A stretch of 64,000 bases of DNA from Lytechinus pictus (lineage: Eukaryota): positions 4,900,001-4,964,000 of the forward strand of contig NC_087245.1 of the NCBI RefSeq assembly GCF_037042905.1. Direction: 5' to 3'. Positions 38,863-51,178 of the stretch are shown here, in pieces (the first letter of the stretch is position 1; each line of letters begins with the position of its first letter). The position numbers and the translations under genes were made by a program. The notes below the pieces were generated by a model that saw only the letters and a list, made by a program, of their open reading frames with translations, did not search any database and was not told where the DNA came from.

Positions 38863-40051
38863 TAATGTTAATTCTTTCAATAGCTATTTTTCATCAGTGG
38901 GTTCAGACATTGCTAACGATACCTGATTGTACTACCCACTTCAGATATCTCTTACAAGGAAATTATGTGAACTCTCTGTTTTTAAAACCTGTACAAACAT
39001 ATGAAATTCTTCATATTGTGTCAAAACTTAATATAAACAAAAGTGTCGGATACGATAACATAAGTACAAAGGTTCTGAAAAAATGTATATGCTTTATAGT
39101 TAAACCATTGTGTTTTATTTTTTAACCTGTCATTGAACACTGGTTGTTTTCCTAGTAGTCTTAAAATAGCAAAAATTCTTCCTATTTACAAAAAAGGTAG
39201 TAAACAGTCACTTTCAAATTATAGACCGATGTCCATTTTATCAACATTCTCAAAGATATTCGAACGTTTGATATACAATCGTTTCATGCCCTTTTTATGT
39301 AACAATAACATTCTGTATTCGAAACGGTTTGGTTTTAGACAGAGCTACTCCTCTTACATGGCATTACTTGAATTCACTTCCACAATAGCAAAGGCCTTTG
39401 AAAACAAACAATTCACAGTTGGTATATTTTTTTTTTGATTTATCAAAGGCCTTTGATTGTATTTAGTCATTCAATATTATTTTTAAAAAATACATTATGG
39501 TGTAAGAGGATTAGCCCTTGACTGGTTTTAAGAGTTACCTTCAGGACAGAAAACAATATGTTTCTTTTGACAATGTCTCTTCTGAGATGAAACATGTAAA
39601 CATCGGAGTGCCCCAAGGTTCTGTGTTAGGCCCGTTCCTTTTTTTTTAAAATTTTTATAAATGATTTACAGCATGCTAGTAATATCCTACACTTTATATT
39701 TTTTGCAGATGATACAAACTTGTTTTTGTCTGGGGATGATATAGATGATTTAACTATAACAATGAATTTAGAACTGAAAAAAATAAATGAGTGGTTTCTT
39801 TCCAATAAATTAAAATTGAATGTTGACAAGGCATGTTGTATGATATTTCAACCTAAAAATAAGAACATTTCATCTGATAACTTTGACATTTTTATTAAAA
39901 ATAGTAAAATTCCTGTAGTTAATTCTACGAAATTTTTGGGTGTAGTCATAGACAACAAACTGACTTGGAAAGATCACATAAATTATATATCTTGTAAAGT
40001 ATCTAAACCCATTGGTGCAATAAACAGATTTAAAAAATTCAATTCCATTAA

Positions 40052-40646
40052 AGGGGAATCCAACCCAAATAAAAACTTGTTTTTATAAGGAAAATAAAAA
40101 TCAGATAAGTTGATAGGTAAAAGTTTGAACAATATTGGACAAACAACAAGAAAGTTATGAATTTTTAAAAGTTGTAAATATTGGTAATCACTATACCCAT
40201 GGATACTTCAAATTGGCCGCATATGGGATGTCATAGTGATGTAAGGCAAGGACTACTCTTTCATGTACTCCAATACATATTATGGCTAAAATGTCATTTT
40301 TCCCAAAAGTTTTATTTCAAATTATATTTTTCTTTCATGAGGACATAAAACAATATACTACCTGGGTTGTATTTAGATTACTGCCCCAGGGGAATGGGTA
40401 CTCAGGAGAAAACCACAAATCCCTGATAATAAAGTACATGGCCTATGGGAAAGTTGTCCTTGCCCCTTGTCATAATTTACTTACCCAGTTGCCAATTTGA
40501 AATCTACATAGTATTAGTGATCTCAATTTTAAAGCAGCTATAACTTTCTTATTGCTTGTCCGATTTCTTTCAAACTTTCACCATTCTGTTTAATTTATTT
40601 TTCTCCTTCCCAACACAACATTTTATGGCCAAGGCTGGATTCCCCT
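40052..40646. mobile_element. Kolobok-type MITE (same family), intact copy inside the LINE RT
   Basis: ttaa|aggggaatccaaccc...ggctggattcccct|ttaa. Confidence 0.92.
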
Positions 40647-41609
40647 TTAAACATACTTCTAATGATATATCAATCAATAGTCTTGCCCTACTTCAATTAT
40701 TGTAATATACTTTGGGGTAATTGTGCAATGGTCCATTTAAGCCGAATAATTGTTTTACAGAAACGTGCAATAAGAGCTATTACAAATTCCTCCCCAAGAA
40801 TCAGTACACAACCTTTGTTCAAAAAACTTAATTTACTTACTATCAGTCATATAAACAGCTATCAAATTGCAAATTTCATGTACTTATCTCTTCACAATTC
40901 TCTTCCCTCTTTTTATGATGATTTATTTGTGAAAAACAAATATGTTAGTAATTACATTACCAGACAGTCCGACAACTTTTATTTGCCTAATTTCAAATCA
41001 GTATAATTTCTCACGAACTACAATTGAATATGTTGGACCCACTCTCTGGAATAGTTTACCCAATGATCTTAAATCATGTCCTTCACTCAACTCTTTTAAA
41101 CGAAAATATAAAGAAATTCTTATAAACTCGTGAATTGTTCCTTAAGCCGTTTTGTTGTTTGCTTTTGTGTTTTTACCTAGGTTAGTTCTGTTTTTGTGGG
41201 TTTTTTTTGTTTGTTGTTTTTTAAGACCTTTTTTTCTGTTTACAACCGTTTTGGAATTGCCTTTGATAGGCTTTTGGCCTTTGTTAAATTCCACACATTT
41301 GTATTCTCTGTATTTTGTGTGATCTCATGTAGTATATGTCTTTTATCACTGTAATTGTATGTATTGTCTTTTTATGCAAATGTGAAAATAAATTGAATTG
41401 AATTGAATGTTCAAGTTCACGTTCATATTCTAGCGAGGGTAAAAAAAAAGGAGACTGCATATAAAACATACACTCTCGTTACAACAAATGGTATGTTTTT
41501 ATCAAATAATATTGCAACTCCTTTTGCATCAAAAACGAGAAAAGGCCCCTTCCTATACGAGAAAAAGCCCCCTTTTAAAGTCCTTAATATGTTATTTTTT
41601 TCAGGTCGT

Positions 41610-43100
41610 ATACATGGGCGGATGCAGGGGGGGGGGGAGTGCTCCCCCCTAATGGCGGTTCAAAAAAAAGGAAAATTAAATGTAAAAAAGAAAAAAAAAA
41701 AGAGCTGAAGAGGAAACAGAAAAAAAAAAACAATTAAAAGAGGAATCAGAGCTTAAAGAACACTCGAGTCAGTATATCAAACATTTCTGCTCGCGCTTCG
41801 CGCTCGCGTTAATTGTTTTTTAGGTCACACAGTGTGTTCTTTATTAAATTTTGTTCAGATCGGAATATGAACAAATTTGGGCTCGCTCTTCGCGCTCGCA
41901 TCATTTAGTATGGTGATGCCCTCCAATGATACCCACCATTACCGTTGATACAATAAATGCATAGAATGTCCCATTTTGGGTCTTAATATAAATAAATGAA
42001 TGAATGAATAAATAAATAAAAAATAAATAAATAAAGAATATCTCGCGCTTAGCGTTCGCACAGATATCAATTCTGTCAAAAGTGCTCAGAATGTCCGCTT
42101 TTCAGTTCGTAAAATGAAAAAAAAATTAAATCATTAATTTGATCAGATACATATTTTCTTCATTTTAACACAAAGTACGGTACTTAGAATGTGAACTTTT
42201 CTAGTCGGAAATGAAATTGTTCAGCTCGTGCTTCGCACTCACATCAATTGTTTAGTTAGATACGCATCGTGTTCTTGATAACAAATACTACTTAAACTTT
42301 CAGGTCTAAGTACAAAAAAAAACAGTGGATGCTTCGCGCTCGCATTATGTATTTAGGCCTCGTGAGTTACCTCATCTTTTTTTTTTTTTTTTTTATAAAA
42401 GTAAGATTTTCTTATACCTTGGTCTGTAGGACTACTCCAAAACAAATTTATTTGGTGCCCCCTACAAACGTTCAAGGCCCCTCACGTAATTCTAATAGGG
42501 CCTATACTCTGATGAGAAGATGAATAAAATTGAAACCCAAAGTACTTAAAATTCTGTGCTTTCTGGTCGATGAGTAAACAAAAAACCCAGAAAGTCGCTT
42601 GCGCTTTGAAAAAAGTAATATAACATTAAGTTCATGGATATTTTCTCATAAAACACATCATTAAAAAACTGGTGGTCTTTAATTGTTCCTTTTTCGTAAT
42701 ACTGTAAAATAAGATAATTCACAAGTACACATGGGCACCAAAATCAGGTCGGGCCCCCGAGGTGCAAAATCCTGGAAACGCGCCTGATAATTATATGCAT
42801 TTTGTTCATGATTACAAAATGCTCAGAATGATCAAATTTTAAGTTCTGAGTACATATGGTACATGGGATATCCAAAATTTGGTCTCGCCCTTCGCGCTCG
42901 AACTATTAATTTCGGCCTTATATCTAATCTTGTTTGTAAAAATAAAACTATGATGTACTTAAAAATATCAGACTTTAGTGGGGACTATCCCCTTAAAAAA
43001 AAGAGAAAAATCAGCTTTTAGCTGCCAATTTTGGAAAAATGTGAATGAAAATATTTTTCCACCCCTTATTTGCTTTGCTTACGCTCACAATCATTACGAA
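41610..43100. mobile_element. Decayed non-autonomous DNA element(s) with cgcgcttcgcgctcgca subrepeats
   Basis: gggcggatgcagggggggg-type end and repeated ctcgcgcttcgcgctcgc motifs; boundaries uncertain. Confidence 0.5.
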
Positions 43101-43157
43101 ACAGGCACGTTTAAATCTTTCCGAGTTTTTACTTTGAAACTCGGGATTGAAACTCTA

Positions 43158-44034
43158 GGCGGTGCTGCACCATCCCGAGTTTGCTCAATCTCGAGATTTT
43201 AGCCCGATCGGCCCACTTCGCGATTAATCTCGAGATTCAAGAAACCCCGTCTGCACCATCGCAAGAAGAGCGATTCCTGCTCGAGCGAGGCAACAAGCCC
43301 GATATTACGAGCATGCGCACTTTCGGATCTTGGAGTTTCAACGGCCCGCGCTTTTGAATAACTTCCCGCGATATGCAAGCAATGTACTCCTTTCACTAGC
43401 ACTTTCGCCGAATTCAACCGGTGTTATGCAACAATCCTCTCAGCTCAGCGAGTGAAGAAGTGATGTATTCTTCGTTAATTATGATGGCGGAGTAGGAGGC
43501 AACGACAGAGAGAGAGAGAGGGAGAGAGAAGGAGGAAAGAAATGCTATTTGCTCACATTTTGCGAAGGAATAAGACAACACTGCTGTCAGTGTTGTTATT
43601 GAATATGACCATCGTCGATGAGCGCCTCCCCCTTCGGTCTGGTCTCTCCCAAAATCCATTCACTGGTGGGACACCGTTGTTGCTTATGAACGCTATTCGC
43701 ATGTATAAAGTTGACTTTCGCACGTGTTTATGTTTTGACCAAGGCGGAAGTGGAACGCGAATTGCATTATGGACTGACGTCATGAATAAATTACCCCGAG
43801 TCCAATCTCGAGTGCGTCTGCACCGACGAATTAGCGGGATAATTCGTAAAATAGCGCGCTATTTTGCAAATAAACCCGAGTTGACTTGGGATTGCAATCT
43901 CGAGATTAATCCTACGAACTAGCGCGATAATTGCGTCTGCACCGCCAACTATCTCGAGATTTTTCAGATCGGGATAATTTGCCGGATCAGAAATAGCGCG
44001 CTAATTTGAAAACTCGGGATGGTGCAGACGGCCC
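43158..44034. mobile_element. About 880-bp TA-flanked MITE, copy A
   Basis: ta|ggcggtgctgcaccatcccgagttt ... aaactcgggatggtgcagacggccc|ta; internal tctgcacc and atctcgagat repeats. Confidence 0.9.
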
Positions 44035-44144
44035 TAATTGAGATGGAATCCTACTGCACCAGCTTTCTCCTATCCGCAAACCGCAGAGTGCCCTCGAGCG
44101 CTAGGGAGCTCTGATAACCACAGATGATAAGCAGTGACTGAATA

Positions 44145-45025
44145 GGGCCGTCTGCACCATCCCGAGTTTTCAAATTAGCGCGCTATTTCTGATCCGGCAA
44201 ATTATCCCGATCTGAAAAATCTCGAGATAGTTGGCGGTGCAGACGCAATTATCGCGCTAGTTCGTAGGATTAATCTCGAGATTGCAATCCCAAGTCAACT
44301 CGGGTTTATTTGCAAAATAGCGCGCTATTTTACGAATTATCCCGCTAATTCGTCGGTGCAGACGCACTCGAGATTGGACTCGGGGTAATTTATTCATGAC
44401 GTCAGTCCATAATGCAATTGCGTTCCACTTCCGCCTTGGTCAAAACATAAACACGTGCGAAAGTCAACTTTATACATGCGAATAGCGTTCATAAGCAACG
44501 ATGGTGTCCCACCAGTGAATGGATTTTGGGAGAGACCAGACCGAAGGGGGAGCTCGGAGGCGCTCATCGACGATGGTCATATTCAATAACAACACTGACA
44601 GCAGTGTTGTCTTATTCCTTCGCAAAATGTGAGCAAATAGCATTTCTTTCCTCCTTCTCTCCCTCTCTCTCTCTCTGTCGTTGCCTCCTACTCCGCCATC
44701 ATATTTAACGAAGAATACATCACTTCTTCACTCGCTGAGCTGAGAGGATTGTTGCATAACACCGGTTGAATTCGGCGAAAGTGCTAGTGAAAGGAGTACA
44801 TTGCTTGCATATCGCGGGAAGTTATTCAAAAGCGCGGGCCGTTGAAACTCCAAGATCCGAAAGTGCGCATGCTCGTAATATCGGGCTTGTTGCCTCGCTC
44901 GAGCAGGAATCGCTCTTCGTGGGATGGTGCAGACGGGGTTTCTTGAATCTCGAGATTAATCGCGAAGAGGGCTGATCGGGCTAAAATCTCGAGATTGAGC
45001 AAACTCGGGATGGTGCAGCACCGCC
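44145..45025. mobile_element. About 880-bp TA-flanked MITE, copy B (inverted relative to A)
   Basis: ta|gggccgtctgcaccatcccgag ... ctcgggatggtgcagcaccgcc|ta; mirrored spurious ORFs (43199-43417 minus vs 44766-44975 plus). Confidence 0.9.
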
Positions 45026-46570
45026 TAATGAATCACCCGGCGTGGTGAATGCAAATCTCCTTGCCCAAAAATGTATTTTGTAAATGTTCCACTCGAAAAT
45101 GAACATTTGTATCCCGAAATAAACTTTGAAGCATGAAAAATGGACCAGGAGAAGTCGAGATATTGCAATGAAGCAATGAACAATTTTTATGATCGACTCG
45201 CAATTCGGGGGACTCGGCGAAAATAATACTTGCCTATCACTCACCAGAGCTTGGCTGTGGGTTGAAATTCGACCGCAGGCGAAGATTAGTTCTGATTGGC
45301 TTGAATTTCTGGACATTAATGATTTATTTTCATGCTGTAATTTTCATCTTCATTTTATTAAAAAGAGTTGTTAAATTGAAAGATACCCCGGATATTACTT
45401 TGAACGAATGAAAAGGACCGAGTAAAAGCCAAGATAATATATTCAGTCTCCTTCCTCCAGCGTGCTGGCGAGCTCTTTTTACGTTTAAAATTGACTCATT
45501 GACTTCCGAGTTCCAGCATACTGCTCCACGCTTCAACTCGGAAGTCAATGTTTCACGGATTCGCATTCCTCTCGTCATTGTTTACTAGTCTAATTCCTAG
45601 ACCGCTACTACATCATCGCTTTTATTTTGACGGAGAAAGAAATACAGAATATGGGTTAAATGTAAAATACGTCACAGACTTTTCTCCTCTTCGTGTTGTT
45701 ATTGTCGCTGTTTTTTTTTCTTTATTCTTCTCTTTCTTCTCCCATTTCTCCTCCTTCTTCTCCTTTTTCTTCTATTCCTCCTCTTTTATTCCTCCTACTT
45801 ATCCTCCTTTTTCTTCTTCTTCTTTTTTCTTCTTGTATTCTTCTTGTATATATCATCTCTATATCTTATTTATTGTTAATAGTAAATTCTGATTTTTTTT
45901 CTTCGCTTTCATTATGTAAATAGTAGGCCTATAATTTACCATTTTACTATAGTAATACTAATTCTATGTCATGTCAAGGACTAGACTGGGAATAAGCTTT
46001 CGAGCTTTCGTGGGTCATCCTGTGCAAGTTTGTTGTTTTTAATGCTGTTTTATATAATGATGTCATGGTGGCTTACAAAATAAAATCAATCAATCAATCA
46101 ATTAATCGATGAAAATACGGGAGTTCTGATGTGACAATGAAAATAGGCATAATAAATTAGTGATGCTCATGGCACTGGGAACCGTGCGTTTTGAGATTTC
46201 GCTAGGGGTACGCTCTTCAAAGGATTTAAAGTAAATCCAGATCGACTGTGAATATTGTGACCCCAGCCAAATATTAGATTTGATTTAAAGATAAATCTAC
46301 AAGAATTGAATTTAAATCTTTGAGATTTGAAAGTTAATCCTAAATAATTCCAACTTTGACTGGTCACTATCCACAGTCGATCTACATTAAGGTGAAATAT
46401 CCATTATTATGGATAAGGTATTGGCCTTACTTTTTGAGAAAAAAAAACATCTTTGTATACCGGCTCCCATCCACGCCACAAAAGCGGAGCGAAATGATTT
46501 GGACACATTTCAAGTAGGGACGCAACTGATGACAAATCCGTTGGAATTAAAAGTCTGATAATATCTTTAA

Positions 46571-47122
46571 AGGACAAGTCCACCCCAACAAAAAGTTGAT
46601 TCGAATAAAAAGAGAAATATCCAACAAGCATACGCATTTCATCAAAGTCGGATGTAAAATAAGAAAGTTATGACATTTTAAAGTTTCGCTTAATTTCACA
46701 AAAAAAGTTGTCTGTATGCAAATGAGGAGACTGATAACATCACTCACTCACTATTTCTTTTGTATTTTATTATGTGAAATATGAAATATTCACATTTTCT
46801 CCCTGTTGTCTTGTGAAACAACGATTAATTCCTCCCTGAACATGTGTAATTACCGTTGTTCAAGACTATATGGTTCAATCAAGTTGGTTCTTAATGTCAA
46901 ATCTGTAAAAAATGAAATATTGTAATTCAAACAATAAAAAACGAAAGAAATAGTGAGTGAGGGACATCATTGATCATCCACTGTCTTATTCGTGACTGAT
47001 CACTGTTTTGTGAAAACATAGGCGAAACTTTAAAATGTCATAACTTTCTTATTTTACATCCGATTTTGATGTAGTTTTCAGTATAATTCTTTTTTTATTT
47101 TTCTCTATTTATTCAAATCAAC
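46571..47122. mobile_element. Kolobok-type MITE, right end truncated
   Basis: ttaa|aggacaagtccacccc; internal inverted arms aaagttatgacattttaaagtttcgc / gcgaaactttaaaatgtcataacttt. Confidence 0.7.
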
Positions 47123-47156
47123 AACCACGATCCTCCTCGCTTCAAAACGCGAAAAC

Positions 47157-50100
47157 TATCAGATCAATTAAATATCCAGCAGGAATGAGACATGACCAGG
47201 GATTTATTTCCCCCCGTAACTCCAGGCGGGATGTCTCAGGTGTAGCCGTAGAAACAGCAGGCTGAAATCACAAGGCTTGACACAACTTAGAATTTATTTG
47301 ATATTTTTCAGATAAACCCGGTGAAAATTCTTGTTATAACTCATGGAGTTAGAAGGATACTATACAATTTAGATGGCATACATTAAAGGTTAATTTGCAT
47401 AATTGAAACGGATTAAAAGGGGACACAAATACAGACATGTATTTCCCCTAACGTCCTTTAGAACAACCTATCGTGACCCTTACAAACTGGCTATGAGGGC
47501 TGACAAAAATCAAAAACATATATATGATTATTTCTTATGTAAGAACTCGATCATTGACATTCAAAATAAATTATACAGAAGAAGTTTACTTTGATTGAAG
47601 CGACAGCCAATGTAATTAAATTTGCATGTGTGAAAGGTTGACCTAAATAGCAAAAAGGTTGTCATCGTCCCAAATTGTTGGTGCTTCCCCTTAACTCTTG
47701 CCGAGACCGTTTATATTTTCGATTATTATCAGAATACTGTCCTAGGTGAGAGAAGATGTGGTTGATTATTCTCTATATAAATAATGGGGATATGGATCAA
47801 GATTAAAATTCAAATTCAAATGACATTATCGTATTGTCGGTATTTGGGAAGTGTGTCCGTCAAAACTTTCCAGTGTCCTTTAAAATTGAGCAAGATGAAC
47901 ACTGAACTATAGTCATACAAGGAGCTTATCATCTTTGGTCTAAGATCTCATAGAATTCACCCTTTAATCAGTTTAGTGTGCATACTAAAGACTGAAATAA
48001 AAATATAGGCCTTGTGGTTTATACCGTACTCCAAAAATTCTCACATTGCATTCGTTTTAAAAGAAGAGAGAAAAACCATTTATATCGTAAAATCTGTTGT
48101 GATATAAAATGTGAAATCATGTTTGTAAACCATTCTAAGACACCTAAACATAATGGGAACAATAATTCAATTCATACTGAATTAGTGTTCATCCATAGAG
48201 GGCGTAAAAAGTTCAAATGAAAATATTTTTTTAATAATCAGTGAATGCAAATAAAATCATAAAATTTATTAAACAAATGCTTGATTTGTATATCTAAGCA
48301 GAACAAAAAATATCAACCCTGTACGATGTTTTTTTATCGAATGGCAAATACTTTGTTTTAGAAGCTGAAGAAGGGTTTGATTCCTTATACGTTTTGAAAG
48401 AAACTCATTTTGAAAGCTCTGAACATCATGAATGTACTTTTAATGGCGTAATATTGACGAAAACCCTAATGAAATAGCATTTATTTATTTTATTCCTGAA
48501 CATAATAACCAAGTTCCTTCTCGGAAACGTAAAAAAGAAAGATAAAATAGTATCAGATCAATGTACAATATCCAGCAGGAATGAGACATGACCAGGGATT
48601 TATTTTCCCCCGTAACTCCAGGCGGGATGTCTCAGGTGTAGCCGTAGAAACAGCAGGCTGAAATCACAAGGCTTGACACAACTTAGAATTTATTTGATAT
48701 TTTTCAGATAAACCCGGTGAAAATTCTTGTTATAACTCATGGAGTTAGAAGGATACTATACAATTTAGATGGCATACATTAAAGGTTAATTTGCATAATT
48801 GAAACAGATTAAAAGGGGACACAAATACAGACATGTATTTCCCCTAACGTCCTTTAGAACAACCTATCGTGACCCTTACAAACTGGCTATGAGGGCTGAC
48901 AAAAAGCAAAAACATATATATGATTATTTCTTATGTAAGAACTCGATCATTGACATTCAAAATAAATTATACAGAAGAAGTTTACTTTGATTGAAGCGAC
49001 AGCCAATGTAATTGAATTTGCATGTGTGAAAGATTGACCTAAATAGCAAAAAGGTTGTCATTGTCCCAAATTGTTGGTGCTTCCCCTTAACTCTTGGCGA
49101 GACCGTTTATATTTTCGATTTTTATCAGAATACTGTCCTAGGTGAGAGAAGATGTGGTTGATTATTCTCTATATAAATAATGGGGATATGGATCAAGATT
49201 AAAATTCAAATTCAAATGACATTATCGTATTGTCGGTATTTGGGAAGTGTGTCCGTCAAAACTTTCCAGTGTCCTTTAAAATTGAGCAAGATGAACACTG
49301 AACTATAGTCATACAAGGAGCTTATCATCTTTGGTCTAAGATCTCATAGAATTCACCCTTTAATCAGTTTAGTGTGCATACTAAAGACTGAAATAAAAAT
49401 ATAGGCCTTGTGGTTTATACCGTACTCCAAAAATTCTCACATTGCATTCGTTTTAAAAGAAGAGAGAAAAACCATTTATATCGTAAAATCTGTTGTGATA
49501 TAAAATGTGAAATCATGTTTGAAAACCATTCTAAGACACCGAAAGTAAACATAATGGGAACAATAATTCAATTCATACTGAATTAGTGTTCATCCATAGA
49601 GGGCGTAAAAAGTTCAAATGAAAATATTTTTTTAATAATCAGTGAATGCAAATAAAATCATAAAATTTATTAAACAAATGCTTGATTTGTATACCTAAGC
49701 AGAACAAAAAATATCAACCCTGTACGATGTTTTTTTATCGAATGGCAAATACTTAGTTTTAGAAGCTGAAGAAGGGTTTGATTCCTTACACGTTTTGAAA
49801 GAAACTCATTTTGAAAGCTCTGAACATCTTGAATGTACTTTTAATGGCGTAATATTGACGAAAACCCTAATGAAATAGCATTTATTTATTTTATTCCTGA
49901 ACATAATAACCATGTTCCTTCTCGGAAACGTAAAAAAGAAAGATAAAATAGTATCAGATCAATGTACAATATCCAGCAGGAATGAGACATGACCAGGGAT
50001 TTATTTTCCCCCGTAACTCCAGGCGGGATGTCTCAGGTGTAGCCGTAGAAACAGCAGGCTGAAATCACAAGGCTTGACACAACTTAGAATTTATTTGATA

Positions 50101-50440
50101 TTTTTCAGACAAACCCGGTGAAAATTCTTGTTATAACTCATGGAGTTAGAAGGATACTATACAATTTAGATGGCATACATTAAAAGTTAATTTGCATAAT
50201 TGAAACGGATTAAAAGGGGACACAAATACAGACATGTATTTTCCCTAAAATCCTTTAGAACAAACTATCGTGACCCTTACAAACTGGCTATAAGGCTGAC
50301 AAAAAGCAAAAACATATATATGATTAGGCCTATTTCTTATGTAAGAACCGGATCATTGACATTCTCAATAAATTATCCAGAAGAATTTTACTTTGATTGA
50401 ACCGACAGCCAATGAAAATGAATTTGCATTTGTGAAAAAG
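47157..50440. repeat. Tandem duplication, unit about 1.4 kb, about 2.3 copies
   Basis: atatccagcaggaatgagacatgaccaggg at about 47172, 48568 and 49969; homologous spurious ORFs start at 47403, 48799 and 50200 (periods 1396 and 1401). Confidence 0.97.
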
Positions 50441-50602
50441 CAAAGAACTTGTCATGGTTGTCAAAATTTGCTGGTTCTTGGTAAAACTTATATTTTATGA
50501 TGATTTTCACCAGGGATAAGAATATATAGTGACAGACATGATAGCCAAGGGTGCATTTTGGAAACGTCTATAAACATGATATATTTACCATAACACTTTT
50601 AA

Positions 50603-51178
50603 AGGGGTGGTCCAGGCTGAAAATATTTATAGCTAAATAAATAGGGTAAAATTCACAAAGCAAAATGCTGAAAATTTCATCAAAATCAGATAACAAATAG
50701 CGAAGTTACTGAATTTTAAAGTTCATCAATATTTTGCAGAATATTCATTAGGTGGGCTGATGATGTCACATCTCCACTTTCCTTTTTCTTATATTATTAT
50801 ATGAAATCATAAATGTTTCATTTTTCATACATGTATAAATGGTGAGTCTCCATTATGATGAAATATGTTGCGGCAATAAATAACTAATGTCAATCACTTG
50901 TCAATCTAATTATTTAAGTTCTTGGTAGAAATATTTTCAATAAACCTTATTTCATATAATAAAATACAAAAGAACAAGACAAGTTGGGATATGACATCAC
51001 GAGCCCACCTATATCGTAAAGACATGCCTTGAACTGTTTTACCAGAATAATGCAAATCTTTAAATTCAGTAACTTTCTTGTTTGTTATCAGATTTTGATC
51101 AAATTATTTTCAGCATTTTGCTTTATGAATTTTGATCTATTTAGTGAGATATAAATATCTCCAGCCTGGATCATCCCT
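50603..51178. mobile_element. Kolobok-type MITE inserted into the left end of a small hairpin MITE
   Basis: ttaa|aggggtggtccaggctg...cagcctggatcatccct|ttaa; host element cacttttaa...tgttgggcaacatactgtccacaca / tgtgtggacagtatgttgcccaaca...gaagagtg (to about 51298). Confidence 0.85.

Larger units (their letters stand above)
35620..41408 (+). mobile_element. 5'-truncated decayed CR1/L2-group LINE interrupted by three insertions
   Basis: Reading KPWFDNEL|RKLCNKKN is restored by removing 35794-38138; RT motifs NYRPMSIL, DLSKAFD, GVPQGS, FADDT, KFLGV; aataaa(ttgaa)n tail at about 41387-41408. Left end approximate. Confidence 0.9.

Noticed and set aside
43199..45316. Protein-coding ORFs in the palindrome
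   Set aside because: They are mirrored frames within MITE copies with no recognisable domain.
47157..50440. Tandem snRNA or histone gene array, suggested by the 1.4-kb period and octamer motifs
   Set aside because: No U1, U2 or U7-like sequence and no histone ORF seen; the repeated 63-66 aa ORFs start at TTG and the frame is disrupted in copy 3.
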